NCBI GenBank assembly: GCA_030704615.1
Contig: CM060733.1
Span: 33,170,001-33,234,000 of the forward strand
Origin: Takakia lepidozioides
Lineage: Eukaryota > Plantae > Bryophyta
DNA length: 64,000 bases
Direction: 5' to 3'
Within the stretch, counting starts at the first letter, position 1, and every line of letters begins with the position of its first letter. Below the pieces are notes generated by a model that made no database searches, was not told the DNA's origin, and was given only the letters and a program-made list of their open reading frames with translations. Below are positions 38,901 to 51,879 of this stretch, in pieces. The position numbers were made by a program, and so were the translations under genes.

Positions 38901-41900
38901 TGAGTAACCTAGGAGGACGAACAATGCAAAGAGTCCCATGCACTAGAGAAAAGAGGAGGAGAGAAGGGAGACATTTGATATCCAAGGAAGAAAGAAATGG
39001 CCCTGTGAGGCTCCAAGGGACCTCCTGGCCCCTTGCCCATTGGACAATGTAGAACAACAATGAAAAAAGTTACAAATTAGCAAGTGACTGCAAAGACAAA
39101 TACAAATGATACGCAACAATGAAAACTCACATGAAAAAACACAAATAGAAAGCGATTGCAAAGAGAAATGTGTCATATCCAGTGACACAGTGACAGAAAG
39201 GATATACAAAAAACTTTCACATTCACGAGGCAACAGAGAGAGAGACCAATAAAGGACATGACCAGCACATGCAGACGGAGTAGTAGAGGGATTGGGCTCC
39301 TGATTCCTGCAGAATTCAACCTGCACACACCATACAGCCACGTTACAAGCATTCTTTACATGTCCTTGTCAAGGGAAATTTGTTTTACGACATTCTTCCC
39401 CATCTAGACAATGCCTGTACGGACAACTTATTGATACAGAGGTTAGGGTTGGAAATCTGCCATAGTGGTCCACATGATCTACTGGCACCTCAATACAATT
39501 ATTGGAAAAATCTACTCGTGGCCTGTGCTGCCATAGTCTACTTGGCATATACACCAAACCCAGTCTGAATGGTGTGTCACTTTCAAAATGTACTCACAAG
39601 ACTTTGCTTCCCAAGAGCCGCACATGTCCACTTTGCAAAAGAGAGGGTTCCCTTCTGACATGCTCCCAGGTCAACATTTTGTAAAATTTTAGAATAAAAA
39701 AGAAAGAACATTTATGACAATAGGGGCTCAGGATGAAGTAGAAGACCGAGAGAATGTACTCATGAGACTTTATTTGCCATAGCCTTGTGGCCACACATAG
39801 TTTGGGCGAATGTACATGAACAAGACTTGGAGAGAGCATGTACTCGTGAGACACTTGCCATAGCCTTGTGGCCATTGCTCCCGCGCGCCCAGTTTGAACG
39901 CAACACAAAGGGACAGAAACTACCTTTGTCAAGGACGCTGGCAGTATGACTTACCTTGAAACAGACAATTGATCTGAGTTCTCCAGATATCCTCTATAAA
40001 TCCCTTCACACAAACATCAAATCTGCTGTGTGTGGTTTGCCCAATAACTAGACCCCCGAAGGCCTGGGCTTTTGGCTCAGCCTCGAGATTTTTGAAGTTG
40101 GTAAACCGAGGTACAGAACAATTCCCTTAATGAATTTGAAGAGGGTGTTTCTTAGAGAGGGAGAGAGAGAGAGAGAGACCTGGAGAGGTTGCGCATCTCT
40201 TTCTCAGCCCAAGTTTTCACCATCTTTCTGGGATTGTGCTTACAGTAACCATGCCGGAATCGAAAGTCTCCCTGCACGTATCTTTCACGGTCTCTAACAG
40301 AATCCAAAACAAGAGAAAGATGGATAGCATTAGCTCACAATGTACGTGGCCTTCCAAATAAAGAGCAAACCAAAATAGAGACAAAGAGAGAAAGAAACTT
40401 TATAACATCCACGGCAAGCTAAGACAGACAGATTGCCCATGACAAACCAGTTCATTGTGCCCAAGAATTGAACCATACAAGCATACTAGAACTGGTGGTA
40501 GGAATCCATCTCTGCGATCTGAATCCCAAACAGCAAACACCATGGGAGCAGAAAGTTACTTAAAAACAAGAATTGAAGTTTTGTACACCTTGACAGCCAG
40601 CTCGTCCCCTTTATCTGTGGTTGCATGATACACATTTGCCTAGCAACAGACACACAACCAGGCAATAAGATGATGAAATTAGTCCAGAAAGGTAGTTAAG
40701 CCATTCTATCATAATTTGACTGGAGTCTGGCTCTCTTCCTTGTCACTTTGTCTGCTTCTCTACACACGCAGTTTCAATTTCTGGCATGTGCAAGACTCCT
40801 GAAAAGTGGTCAGCTGTCAATTAGCAATCATCTTTTCTATCAAACTTTCACAACATGGAAGACAGTGGCATTTCAATTTCGTGTAGCAAACATACATGCA
40901 AATAAATCTTGACTCCATCATTGAAACTCTACTTACTTCCTTGCCAGTGGATATGCAGCCATTGATGTCCTCGAATATTCCCCGGTTCAGCATCTTGAAC
41001 AGAACCATTCGAGTGCGTGGATCCAAAGCCTGTACATGCAACAGGCTTTAAAATGTTGAAGGGTGCGAGTCCTCGATTGATGGTCTTGCTGCACTTATGC
41101 GACATCTTCCATTATCTTTGATGCTCATGTCAGACTGCTCCCACATTTAATCCCTGCCTCTTCATTCTCGATGACAACTTGATCAATTGATAGAACCACA
41201 GACTGCTCTGTCACCTTCCAGACAACTATTTGACACTGCCTATGTGGTCAAGGATGGAAGCATAGGATTTGAAGACAGCCCTCCGCATATTTGACATCAT
41301 GCAAGTGCACACGGGAAAGATAATGACTGGACAATTGATACGAGAGAGAAAGTAAACGAAACATGATTTGGTTTACATGAGCAATTCTAAGTTGCGGCTC
41401 TCCAGTCTGAAATCCAGATATATACCTGTTCAACCGTAGCCCTATCTGCTTTTTCCCTAGTCTGAGTGCGTCCCTCTGCCTGCCGCCGCACATTGTCACG
41501 AACGGCTGTTGTCACTGAGTTAGACATCCCCACACCTCCCTGGCCCTCCCATTCCTGCAAGGACATAGATTCCATTCATCAGGCTTTGCATGCAAGGGAA
41601 GAAAGAAGTCCATGTAGAAGCTCTTACAGCTGCAGCACAGCAGTCTTAAGGGAAGAGAGAAAGAAAGGAGTTCAGTTGACCCCACAGAAGTACACAAAAT
41701 TCTCCTTAACATCAATCTATGTCTCATTAGTGGAGTGATATTTAACCTACTTAACAGATTGTGGAAGGGGCACCCAGCAACCTATGAGATGTACTATAGG
41801 ACTGTGTTAGCCGAAGCCTTGTGGCCAGCAACCTATGAGAGACTGAGAGGAAGAAACTTATGGTGTATTCAACACAGAAATTAACGGATTCCAAGTATTG

Positions 41901-43429
41901 AAATATTGTATTGTAGGATCCACGGGTAAAAAATGTAGCTCACACGAGCTCCACAATTTCTACCTGTGGCCATATTGCTTTGGCATCCCGTTCTTCAGCA
42001 AGGGTCAATGGCAGAGCCTACCCTCACTGCTTTTTCAAGTGCCTCAATTTCCTACAAATTGCCTAAATATCCACACTCTGGGAAACTCCAGAAGAAGCAG
42101 AATGTCATAAAAACAAGACTACATGAATTTTCGAAAAGACCAAATTTCCAGTGTATGTAGGATCCACTGGTCAAGAGTGTAGCTCATACAAGAAGGGCTC
42201 CACAGTTCATACCCATGGCCATATCACTTTGGCATCTTGTTCTTCAGCAAGGTTCAATGGCAGAGCCTACCCTCACTGCTTTTTCAAGTGCCTCAATTTC
42301 CTACAAATTGCAAAAATATCCACACTCTGGGAAACTCCAGAAGAGGCAGGAAGTCACAAAAACAAGACCATGTGATTTTTCAAGAACATAAAAGTGTATG
42401 TAGGATCCACAGGGAAATAGTGTAGCTCACAAGAAAAGAGGTCTACATTCAAAGCTGTGGCCACATTCCTTTAACATCTTCTTTTACAGCAAGGCTCACC
42501 ACTGCCTTTTCAAGTGCACTTATTGATATGAATGATGGAACTACAGTGTAACAAAAACAAGATGTATCACCAAACTATTGAAATATAAATTCATCTCTTC
42601 GAGACCTTCAGCAAAGCTCAACCATTGATCTTACCTTGAAGCTCCAATCATCCTCACTTATCAAAAGCACACGGCAAATGGATTATAATCCCAAACAAAC
42701 AGACATTACTCTGAACACCTGACACTTCCCAACAATGACCCAATTCTTGCATTCTGGACACCTCGTCTGTTCAAAGTGGAAATACAGAATATATTTCTGT
42801 TAGACAGTCATCCTCCTAATTGTACAAGACCTGCAAGTTGTTGGATAAGTATAACTCACTGGTAATGGCCCAGAATTTATGCGTCCGCTAAACTTTTGGT
42901 GGAGATTGGTGCGAGGTTGTAAGAAGCTGTTTGGCCCAACGCTGTGGAGATTGTGGGCGCCCCCACGAGCATTAGGGCGGTTCTGTACAGAAAATCCTGC
43001 TCCATAGCCTGCTGTGGTACCCTGACCACTTCCTCTTGACTGCGAATCTGAACAGCACAAGTGAACGGCCCGCCATCAGCTCTGTGCGTGTGTAAGTGGG
43101 AGGATGCGAGGAAACGTCAGAAATGAATGAATGCTCACAAAACATGAGTAAAGAAAAATTCAAACCAGCGCTTCTCACCAACCTGGCCCCCTTCCCTCTA
43201 TGTTTCTTACTGGAAAAGAGTAGAGACCGTCATAGAAGTCAAGCCAATCCAAAGCCCCCAGCACCTCCATCTCCTCGTCAGACGCTTCCGCCTCCTCCTC
43301 CTCCCCCTCCTCATCACATTCTCCGTCCCTCCCATAATCAGTCAGTGAAGCAGACGGACCCGCATGTTTCCCCTCAGGCTGGAGCTCACCGTCGTGCTCC
43401 TGCAGATTGGCATCTTGCACAGCAGCCAT
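35974..43429 (-). CDS. RIO1: RIO1 atypical Ser/Thr kinase, 13 exons (43429-43228, 43047-42860, 41554-41426, 41029-40937, 40639-40560, 40293-40180, 39320-39247, 38805-38729, 37722-37639, 37264-37172, 37079-36972, 36789-36715, 36468-35974), 603 aa
   Basis: [75 protein letters not shown], basic tail; exon lengths sum to 1812 nt with consistent phases. Confidence 0.95.
39748..40153 (-). mobile_element. 5'-truncated LINE 3' end (with a duplicated tail) in RIO1 intron 6
   Basis: Homologous to ~17700-17985; ends in GAGTACATGCTCTCTC and again in GAGTACATTCTCTC. Confidence 0.85.
41905..42515. repeat. ~243-bp tandem repeat (~2.5 copies) in RIO1 intron 2
   Basis: tgtaggatccac...tgtagctca recurs at ~41912, 42157 and 42399. 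Confidence 0.9.
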
Positions 43430-44055
43430 GGCTCCTCCAAACCTGTCGCGCTGCGAAACAAGAAACGCTTCGAACCCTAAAACCTCCCTCACCCTAAACC
43501 CTATATACCTTATTTATTTATTTTCCAAATTTTTAAAATAAAAACAAATCTGTATCAACACAATCAACAATTGCTTTTTCAAATATGTTTATCGTCTAAA
43601 AATAAATAAATAAGGAGAAAATAAATATTACCTGAATTGTGAGCAGTCGCTCCCAGGTTTCCTTTATATATATATATATATATATATATTAACAAAACAA
43701 GATTGAAAAACAAATCAACAGGTTTGACAAAGAGAAACCTGTTCATCCAATAACAGAGTCGTTCATCCGGATGTAGCACAAAGTCAGCGAGGGTGCCGAG
43801 GGTGTCGTTGCCAAGCCTTTGATCTCATCACTCTTGTGGAGAATGCAGGGATGCACGAGAGGATATGAGAAGATTTGAGGCAGCATGCATGTTTAGCGGT
43901 TGCAGAATTCTGTTTTGAGGACGCAGAAGTATAGATCTGAGGAGGTTTGGGATAGGATTCAAGCAGATTCAAGTGATCCAGCGATAAGTTTTTGTGAGAG
44001 TGTTGAGGAGGCTTGAAGTGGGGCAATCGAGGGTTGTAGCCCATTTTTGTTCAAG

Positions 44056-45793
44056 ATGCACGATTTTTGCTTCACGATCCCCTATGGCATGGTGGTGCTG
44101 GGAGGGGGTTTGGTCGGATTTATGAGAAAGGGAAGCGCGGCGTCATTGATGGGAGGTGGAAGTACTGGCCTCTTGCTGATTCTGGCGGGCTATTTGAGCT
44201 TGCGAGCTTATGAGAAGGGATCAAATTCCTCCTTCGCACTTTTTCTTGAGACAGGTTCTATTTCTCAACTGCCCGTAGGCATCAGAGGTAAATGCTGGAG
44301 AATGTGCAGGTTTTCCAGCTCTTTCTGTTAGGCTTCAACCCAAGAGTGTTGTGGCAAGTTGGGGTCCTCATTTGTGGTCATTCTTTTGATGTGAGGAACA
44401 ACAGGGGAGAGGGAGAAAAATAAGGCTGTGGGCTGTTCGTGGAAATGTAATGCCGGAGGTAGTTGATTCCAAACACGAAGAAAGGGACACCTCTTATTTT
44501 GGTTGAAGTGAAAATCCTGTCCAGTATGTAGCGGTTTGGTCAGGACCCTCACTTTACCTTCAAGAACAGACATTAACTGGCTTTTGCGACTGGCTCTGTG
44601 ATTGGTCTCATGCTTTGGCAAAGAGAAGAGAGGGTCAAGGAAGTTGCTATCCTGCACAGCAAATTCGATTCGTCCCACAAAATAATTGTGGGGAGAGGCA
44701 GTACTCTCCCCAATGAATGTGTCCATGTTTTGGATTGTTGACATTCCTCAGTCAATTGGACTACAATGTTTGCAAAACTAGCTCTCATCGAAGGGCATAT
44801 TAAAATTATCAGCAGTTTGAGGTTATTGCGCGCTTACACTGGGGCATGGAATGGTGAAGTGCAGCGTTGTCCCTTGCATTGACATGGGTAATGGGACAAC
44901 GTTATGTGGCCACTTCGAAGTTTATGCCTGCTGGGCTTGTGGCTGGTCTCAGGTATATGTCCTCCCTTTCTTGGATGCCTGAAAGTACTCTCTGTCTCTC
45001 TATCTCTTTCTCACACACACATCCAAACCAGTATTTTCACTCAATGGTGAACAATTATGTGCGCTTCATTTGTTCCAAGAACAAAGGGAGCGTAGTTTTC
45101 TTGGTTGTGGCAGCTGCCCATTAGTGCTAAAAAATTTATCACCATCCATGAGATCCGCGGTCGGGGCAGGGGCCATTGTAAGTATGTTGGTCTGTGTCCA
45201 CATCCATAAATAGACTGGAGGTTAAAAATTTGTGATGCAAATTAGCCCCAAAGTGCCCTTTGGTGTACCCACCTGTCTGTCCTTCACTCACGTTTGACCT
45301 GTCCCCTTGGGCTACTGTCCTGAGGATCCAAGCCTTAAACTAGCGAAGGCTCGGATAGGAACCTTGCGTAAGCCCTTCAAAAAGAACTGCAAGAAACTTT
45401 TGCCCCTCGGCACCATATGTCAGCAGAAAAATGGGCAAATGTATGTTTTCAGAAGGTGCCCTTGACAGTTGCCTGACAACTGTCTGGACACCTATGTTTC
45501 CTTAAGGTCCCCTTGATGTGGAAGGGGGCTGTATGTTGGATTCTGCCAACTAAGGGGATGTACAAATACAATGAAATTTTATGGCAGTTCATTATGAAAG
45601 TTGTGAAGGCAAAATGAAAATATTCAGTATTCACTGGTTATCTTGATATTAGAATTAAATGATCTAATTTCTTGGTGATAAGGGAGCTAAGAGATTGGGT
45701 TGTTCATGCAGTGGGGCAATGGCCCTCTTCTATCTCTACAAAGTGGCCACTGGGGGCAATCACATTGTGAAGAAGGCTGCTTCATCTCCATGA
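44056..45793 (+). CDS. TMEM14 family / FATTY ACID EXPORT (FAX5/6-like) membrane protein; exons 44056-44254, 44865-44952, 45712-45793 (122 aa)
   Basis: MHDFCFTIPYG...KGS..SL.GG...MGQRY..TSKFMPAGLVAGLS...YKVATGGNH; junction phases consistent. Confidence 0.92.
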
Positions 45794-46699
45794 CGCTGCT
45801 GATGCCACTTCGGTGTCTTAGTTTGTCTTGAGGTGTTTAGTGGTTGATAGTGGAATTAGTCACTTAGGCGGTGGCTCCTTGAATGCTACATGCTTCAACA
45901 GGTGTAGGAAGATAGATCCTTTTTGAGGAACAGATGAGAAAGATAGAGTTGGATTCGGAGACATTGTATGGAGTGACCACTGATTTATGATTTAGTGTTG
46001 TTGCACATTGCAGGAGGATACTTACATGGAATAATCTCTAGGTATAGTGGCCGTTGGCCTGCTGTGCATGTAGTGAGACTGCAGTCTTTATAATACAGGT
46101 CAAATGATTTTTTTAATCTGAGGCCTGCTCCTTCGAAATGCTGGTGCACACTAAAGGGACCCAACTAATTTGTCTCATCGCAAATCATAAAATTCTGATT
46201 CCGTAGGGACCAGTCTTCGAGTTAATAAGGGCTCTCAACAGCAGATTGCAGAGGCGCATGTGACCCAAATCTACATGCTCCAGGTAATGGTAGCCAGTGA
46301 CCTAGGGAATAACTTGGAAGTGGAAATTCTCAGCTTGGGCATGAATTGGAAGTGTTATAGGGTCCTTGTGAGGGGCAGGTCAATATACTGATTGAATCCA
46401 AAGTAGAGATCAAGGGGTTCATAGCCATAGACACTTGACCAGTTCCTATCCAACCAATGATAGATTGCCTAAGACTCAACTTGGGGCCTGACCTATGAAA
46501 TCCCCAAATCAAATACTTGGTCCCCAATTTGGAAGTGATCTGCATAGACCACTTGTTCAATTCCTCCAATTATGCAATTTTCAACGGCAATGTGCAAGGT
46601 CAGCATTCAGCTGGTCAGAAATGGTCTCCCATTAGCTCACTCCTGTCCATCCATTTCAAACATATTTGACTGCAAAGCCTCTACTGTAATATACTGTAA

Positions 46700-48099
46700 T
46701 GTACTGTAGGTACTGTAATGTTTTCTAGATTGGGTAATATGCTAGCTGCTGAAGGTCAGCAAAATTAAGAATGTGCTAATATATCTTCAGACCTGTCCAT
46801 GCCACGACAAAAGCTAGAGCTATGATTGAAATATGGGCCAAATATCGGAGAGTCTGTGTATTATCATGAGAAGCTGGACAGGTGGTCAACGAGACTAGAC
46901 TAATTGCCACCTGAACATGTATGGAGTTGCATGTCATCACAAAATTGATTACTTGAGAAGGTGCTAATGGGGCTAGTACTACTACTTGAGGCTTAATTAC
47001 ACAACAAAACTGCAACCTAAAGATAGCAACAAGAATTAAGTGAGGGTTCAGGGTAGTTAGAGCTACTAGGGATTTTGACAATTGACGCAGTTTGATTGAA
47101 GATCAGACACAACCCATAACATAGCAGTGCGGAGTGCACATATGAGTACTAGAGATCATTTGATTGAAGATCTTAGTACAATTAGAGATAGAGGTACCTG
47201 ATGAACTCCCTCACTAAAATTAATCGGTGTCCTCAATGCTAGGGAAATCAAGGAAATCCACTAATAAGTTGTCTTTCTTTTCCCAAGTCGCCTCATGCTC
47301 TAGTTAATGAAAGATTCCACCCATCTACGATGTCGAGTATCACAAATGTGTGTTTCAAGCTCTCTCTGGTTCCGCTAAAATTTGACCGTTGGAATGACCT
47401 TAGGTAAAACAGACAACATCTGACCTAGATCAGCCATACATTCTCAACAGATTTTATACATGGAAAACATAATGTAATATTTTACATGAAGGAGGTAAAT
47501 CTAATTTGTATGCAGCTGATTTGTATTTTTCCAAAATGGGGAAGGGACCACAAAATCTAGGAGGGAGTTTGCAACAACAACATTAAGGTTGCAAACTCTC
47601 CCTTAGATTTAGTGGTCCCTTCCCCATTTTTCCCCATATTTTCATAGCTTTAAATGACTTATTTGACGTGGTGACACTTTCATACATATCATCAACCTTA
47701 ACTCAACCTCAAATTACGATAATATCTATTCTTATCTGCATAATGCTTAGTACGTTCCTGAGCCTTTGGATGCTTTGTTTAATCAGGGTTAGTTGCATAT
47801 TCATCTCACACTTGGATCTTGAGGTGAAGATAGTGTAATTGGAAATAACAATTTTTTTTTCCATAAATTGCAGCAAAAAGACTCATTCCAATAGTATATG
47901 AGGTTTATCATTATAAGCAAACTCTAACATATAGAGATACTCTTCCCATGAACTCCGTTTTTTCCAACGTATGTCGTCAACATATTAGATTCCAAGGTCT
48001 GATTAGTCCTTTGAGTTTGGGCATCAGTCTTAGGATGATAAGAAGTACTGAACTTAAGCTTAGTACCCAATATCCAAAACAAGGACCTCCAAAAATGTG
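46700..48099 (-). mobile_element. 3' part of a decayed chromodomain Ty3/Gypsy host element (integrase C-half, GPF motif, chromodomain remnant, PPT); left boundary approximate
   Basis: [32 protein letters not shown]...AYKLDLP, EATWE...; purine tract near 47205-47215. Confidence 0.75.
47533..47630. repeat. ~43-bp-stem inverted repeat (12-nt loop)
   Basis: aaaatggggaagggacca...tttgcaac / gttgcaaa...tggtcccttccccatttt. Confidence 0.9.
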
Positions 48100-48179
48100 T
48101 CGTGCGCATACATATCGCTACACAACTACATCGCTGTCCAAAACCACACAACACATGTGTACACCACACACTAATATAC

Positions 48180-48272
48180 CACTAGTCCACCACTAGTCCA
48201 GCCACTAGTCCAACCACTAGGCTGCCACTAGTCAGTCGTTAGGCTGCCCACTATGGCAGTCACTAGTCCACC
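48180..48272. repeat. CCACTAGT(C)-based short tandem repeats near the 3' end of the DNMT element
   Basis: Direct sequence. Confidence 0.85.
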
Positions 48273-48535
48273 ACAATCGCCCCCCTAGCTGGTGCTTAGG
48301 TCCCTCTAAGTCCAGGTAGCCACAAGATGTGATAGTGACCGTAGCCTCACTAAGTCCTCCACCACTGTCCCTATTACACTCAAACTCGATAGATCAAGAG
48401 GCCGGGTGCAAGAGTTGCCCCATCGTTAGTCGTCGTCTTGCAATCTGTGAACTTGAACCTGAGATCTCGTGTATTGACTCCTATGAGCTTGGCCTCCTAT
48501 GTCTTGTTAGCTGCCTCTAGTCATGTCCACTGCCA

Positions 48536-48685
48536 CTATCCCAAGCAGTGTGGACACAACCAATCTCCATCAGGAACCTTCTCAAGAGGTGGTGTCAAGC
48601 ATCCTATGTGCCAACCTCTTGAGCATCGATCACACACCAGCATGGTGGCTGCCCCTTTGGCAGACCCGCAGAGCATGCACCTCAA
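48536..48685 (-). other. PHD finger at the integrase C-terminus
   Basis: CMLCGSAKGAATMLVCDRCSRGWHIGCLTPPLEKVPDGDWLCPHC (C4HC3). Confidence 0.92.
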
Positions 48686-48773
48686 ACCTGCAAGGTACCA
48701 CTGCCAAGTTTGGGTCAACTCTGCCATTGACATTGGGAAGGTGACATGGCGCACAATTATGCACATGGTCTTT

Positions 48774-49800
48774 TCAAGTCATGCCATCCTGACCCTCCAA
48801 GATCAGGACTCCTGATGGCAACACCTCTCGAACCCTCAGAATAACACGCCCTGCAGTGACATCCAAGGTCGTAGAAGCAATCTGCTGCAAATAAACATAG
48901 TCACCAGGGCTAAACCTCCGAACCCTAGGATGATATCCTCCACCACGTATAGTGACATACCTCAACGTATCACGGTGCTGTGCAATGGCAAGGTTCTCAA
49001 AAGCCATGGGCATGACTTTCTTGAACAACTCTGCACGCTGATCACATGCACGTACCCACACGTCCGGATCGTCAAGGTTCAGGACTTGAGCAGTGTCCCT
49101 ACGACTGGCTGCAGGCAAATCCGGCTCTCGGCCAAAGAGAAGAAAATATGGTGAGAAGAAGACAAGTGATGTTTGCTTGCTGAATCGGTAGCCCATGGCT
49201 AACCAAGGTACCTGAAGACCCCAATCTCTTAGGTGTCCCTTCTGCAAGCCATACTTGCGCAAACCCCTCTTCACCGTCTGAACAACTCTCTCTGCCAAGC
49301 CATCGGCCTCAAGATGATCTCGAGAAGTTGTGTAGTGATCTATCAAGGCTTTATCACACAAAGCCTAAAACTCCCCCAAGAACTCTCTCCCTTGGTCCGT
49401 GAGTACCTCAGCTGGAGCACCGAATCGGCTAAGCACATGATCCAAGAATGCATACGCAGCCTCCTCACTAGCCTAGTCAGGCAATGGAAGCAACTCAATC
49501 CACTTGGAGAAGTATTCTACCATCACCAACACATAACTATGGTGGCGCATAGTCAGTGGCAACAGCCCTGTGAAGTCAAGACTCCACCTGTAGCCCAACC
49601 CCATGATTGGTAAATGATGCAACTGTGGTGTAGGGGCATTGAATGAAGCACGCACCCTGTCACACACCATGCACCTAGCCACAAACTGTTGCACCTCTGT
49701 ATGCATACCACGCCACCAATACTTCCCCTGCAGTAAACTGTGAGTACGTCGCACTCCAAAATGCCCCAACCCCTCATGGGCATGCCGCACTAAATGTGCA
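48774..49800 (-). other. Integrase (HHCC plus DDE core)
   Basis: HEGLGHFG...CMVC, WSLDF, VMVEYFSKW, ADGLAERVVQTVKRGL, SPYFLLFGR. Confidence 0.92.
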
Positions 49801-50189
49801 CGCTGTGTGGGGTGAGGCACAATCCTCACCCGACCATCCTCCCATACTCGGAGCAGGTGTATCCCCTCCCATTTGAACCTCTTGGCTCGTTGCAGGATCC
49901 GATCCATCTCCCTGTCAGTCACAGTGGCTGTCGTGTCTCCCATGCGGAGGTAGTCCAACACAGCCGAATCCTCATGTATATCTCTAGCACCACCTGGCTC
50001 ATCACTAGCCTCAGGGTCCTCAGACACTCCGTCTATAGTCATCCCTGTTGTAGGTCCAACCTGACCTCCCGCTGCCAAAATACACAAAAATGCAGATGCG
50101 TGCCATCCCGGCACCATCTCCTCGTCCGTCTCACCATGCCACCGAGCTCCAGTGTCATCCTGCTGGCTCGTGCATGGATTGCGACTCAA

Positions 50190-51450
50190 TCCATCCGCAT
50201 CCCGATTGACCAATCCCGGTCGATGCACAACTTGAAAGTCATACTCCTGGAGTATGAGTGCCCACCCTACAAGCTTCCCCGTAAGCTTGTCTGACTCCAT
50301 CAACCACTTGTGTGGCTGGTGATCCGTGACAAGGGTGAAAAAATTGATGTATAGATAGCACCTGAAAGTGTGCCACGGCCCACACCGCAGCTAAGCACTC
50401 TCCCTCATATGAACTGTACTTAGCCTCTACAGCGTTGTTCGAGCGGCTAGCATAAGCCACATCGAACTTTCTTTCCTCATCATCCACCTGTGTGAGCACC
50501 GCTCCAAGCCCCAGCATGCTCAAATCCGTATACAGCTGAAAGGGACGCCCCCTGATAGGTCGTCTCAGGATAGGCGCCGAGGTCAACCTCGCCTTGAGCT
50601 CTTGAAAAGCTCGTTCCTGCTCATCTTTCCACTGCCACTCCTGGTCCACCTTGGTCAGCTTGGTTAGAGCCTTTGCAATGACACTAAATCCCTTGACAAA
50701 CCGTCTATAATAGTTTGTCAACCCCATGAAAGCTCGAACTCGGCTCACATCCGTGGGGCGGGGAATTTGTGCAATGGCCTCTACCTTAGTCTGCTATACC
50801 CCCAATCCTCCAGGATATATCATGTGACCCAGATACTCAATCTGGTTGTGGAAAAACTTGTACTTTCCCGGATACAACTTCAATCCGTGCGTTCTCAAGC
50901 GCTCCAATACCACCTGAAGGTGTCTCTCATGCTCCTCCACCGTAGCACTAAAGATGATGATGTCATCTATGTAGCACCGAGCAAAGTCCACCTTTGCTAG
51001 AATCCTATCCATGACTCTCTGAAACTTTGCAAGAGCATTCTTAAGCCCAAATGGTAAGAACCGCCACTGATATAGGCAATCTTTGCCGTGCTCATTGATC
51101 CCCCCGAATGCCGTCTTTTGCTTGTTCGCCTCCTTGATCGGCAACTGGTGATATCCGGATCGTAAATCCAAAGTGCTAAAGACCTTAGCATGTCCGATGG
51201 CATCAAAGATCTCCTTTGGTGTTGGCATGACGTACTTATCAGACTTGGTCTGACGATTTACAGGCCGGTAATCACCGCACATACGTCTCTCCGTCCAATT
51301 GCCATAGACATCCTTCTTGGCTGGCATCACTGTGGCTGAAGCATACTCTCCACCAGAGAGCTCCACCAAACCAGCGTCCTAGAGGTCTCGAGTCCTCATC
51401 TGAATCAAAGTCCTCTCCATGTCACTGTATCTATAGGGTCTCCAAAAGAT
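50190..51450 (-). other. Reverse transcriptase and RNase H
   Basis: RMCGDYRPVN, FSTLDLRSGYHQ, LPFGLKNA, YIDD, FMGLTNYYRRFVKGFS, LYTD, AYASR, YEGECLA. Confidence 0.95.
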
Positions 51451-51879
51451 TGGAACCGTCGTATACGTCGTCTCTTTCCTCCAGTGACAATGGGTCCAAT
51501 GTCAGGCTCCCAATTGTCCTCCGTAACTGCAACCTTAAGTCCAGTGGGCTTAGAGATAGATGACGCGTCCAGTGGTTGCTATGTTGCAACCTCTTGAGTA
51601 GTACTCCCTGCCTGCTCAGTCAATGACAAGGCCTCATCCTGCCCCATCATCTCATCCTCGAGGACTTCCTCAACCCGAGAAAAATCCCCAACCTCATCCA
51701 TCACCGCCGCCCTGGCTGCCAACTCCCTCTGAACCTCGAGCACCTCCCACGTGTGCCATGGATGCCTGCACCCCGTGGTTCTCTCATGCTCGCCCCCACT
51801 CACTGTCTGTACTGTCTCAGTAGGCAGAGAGACCATTGAGGGAAGTGTACTCCGCATTCTACGTTGCTCAGCCATAGCC

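Noticed and set aside
43209-43211. Stronger-looking GTAAGA donor for RIO1 exon 1
   Set aside because: Phase 0 is incompatible with the phase-1 acceptor at 43047.
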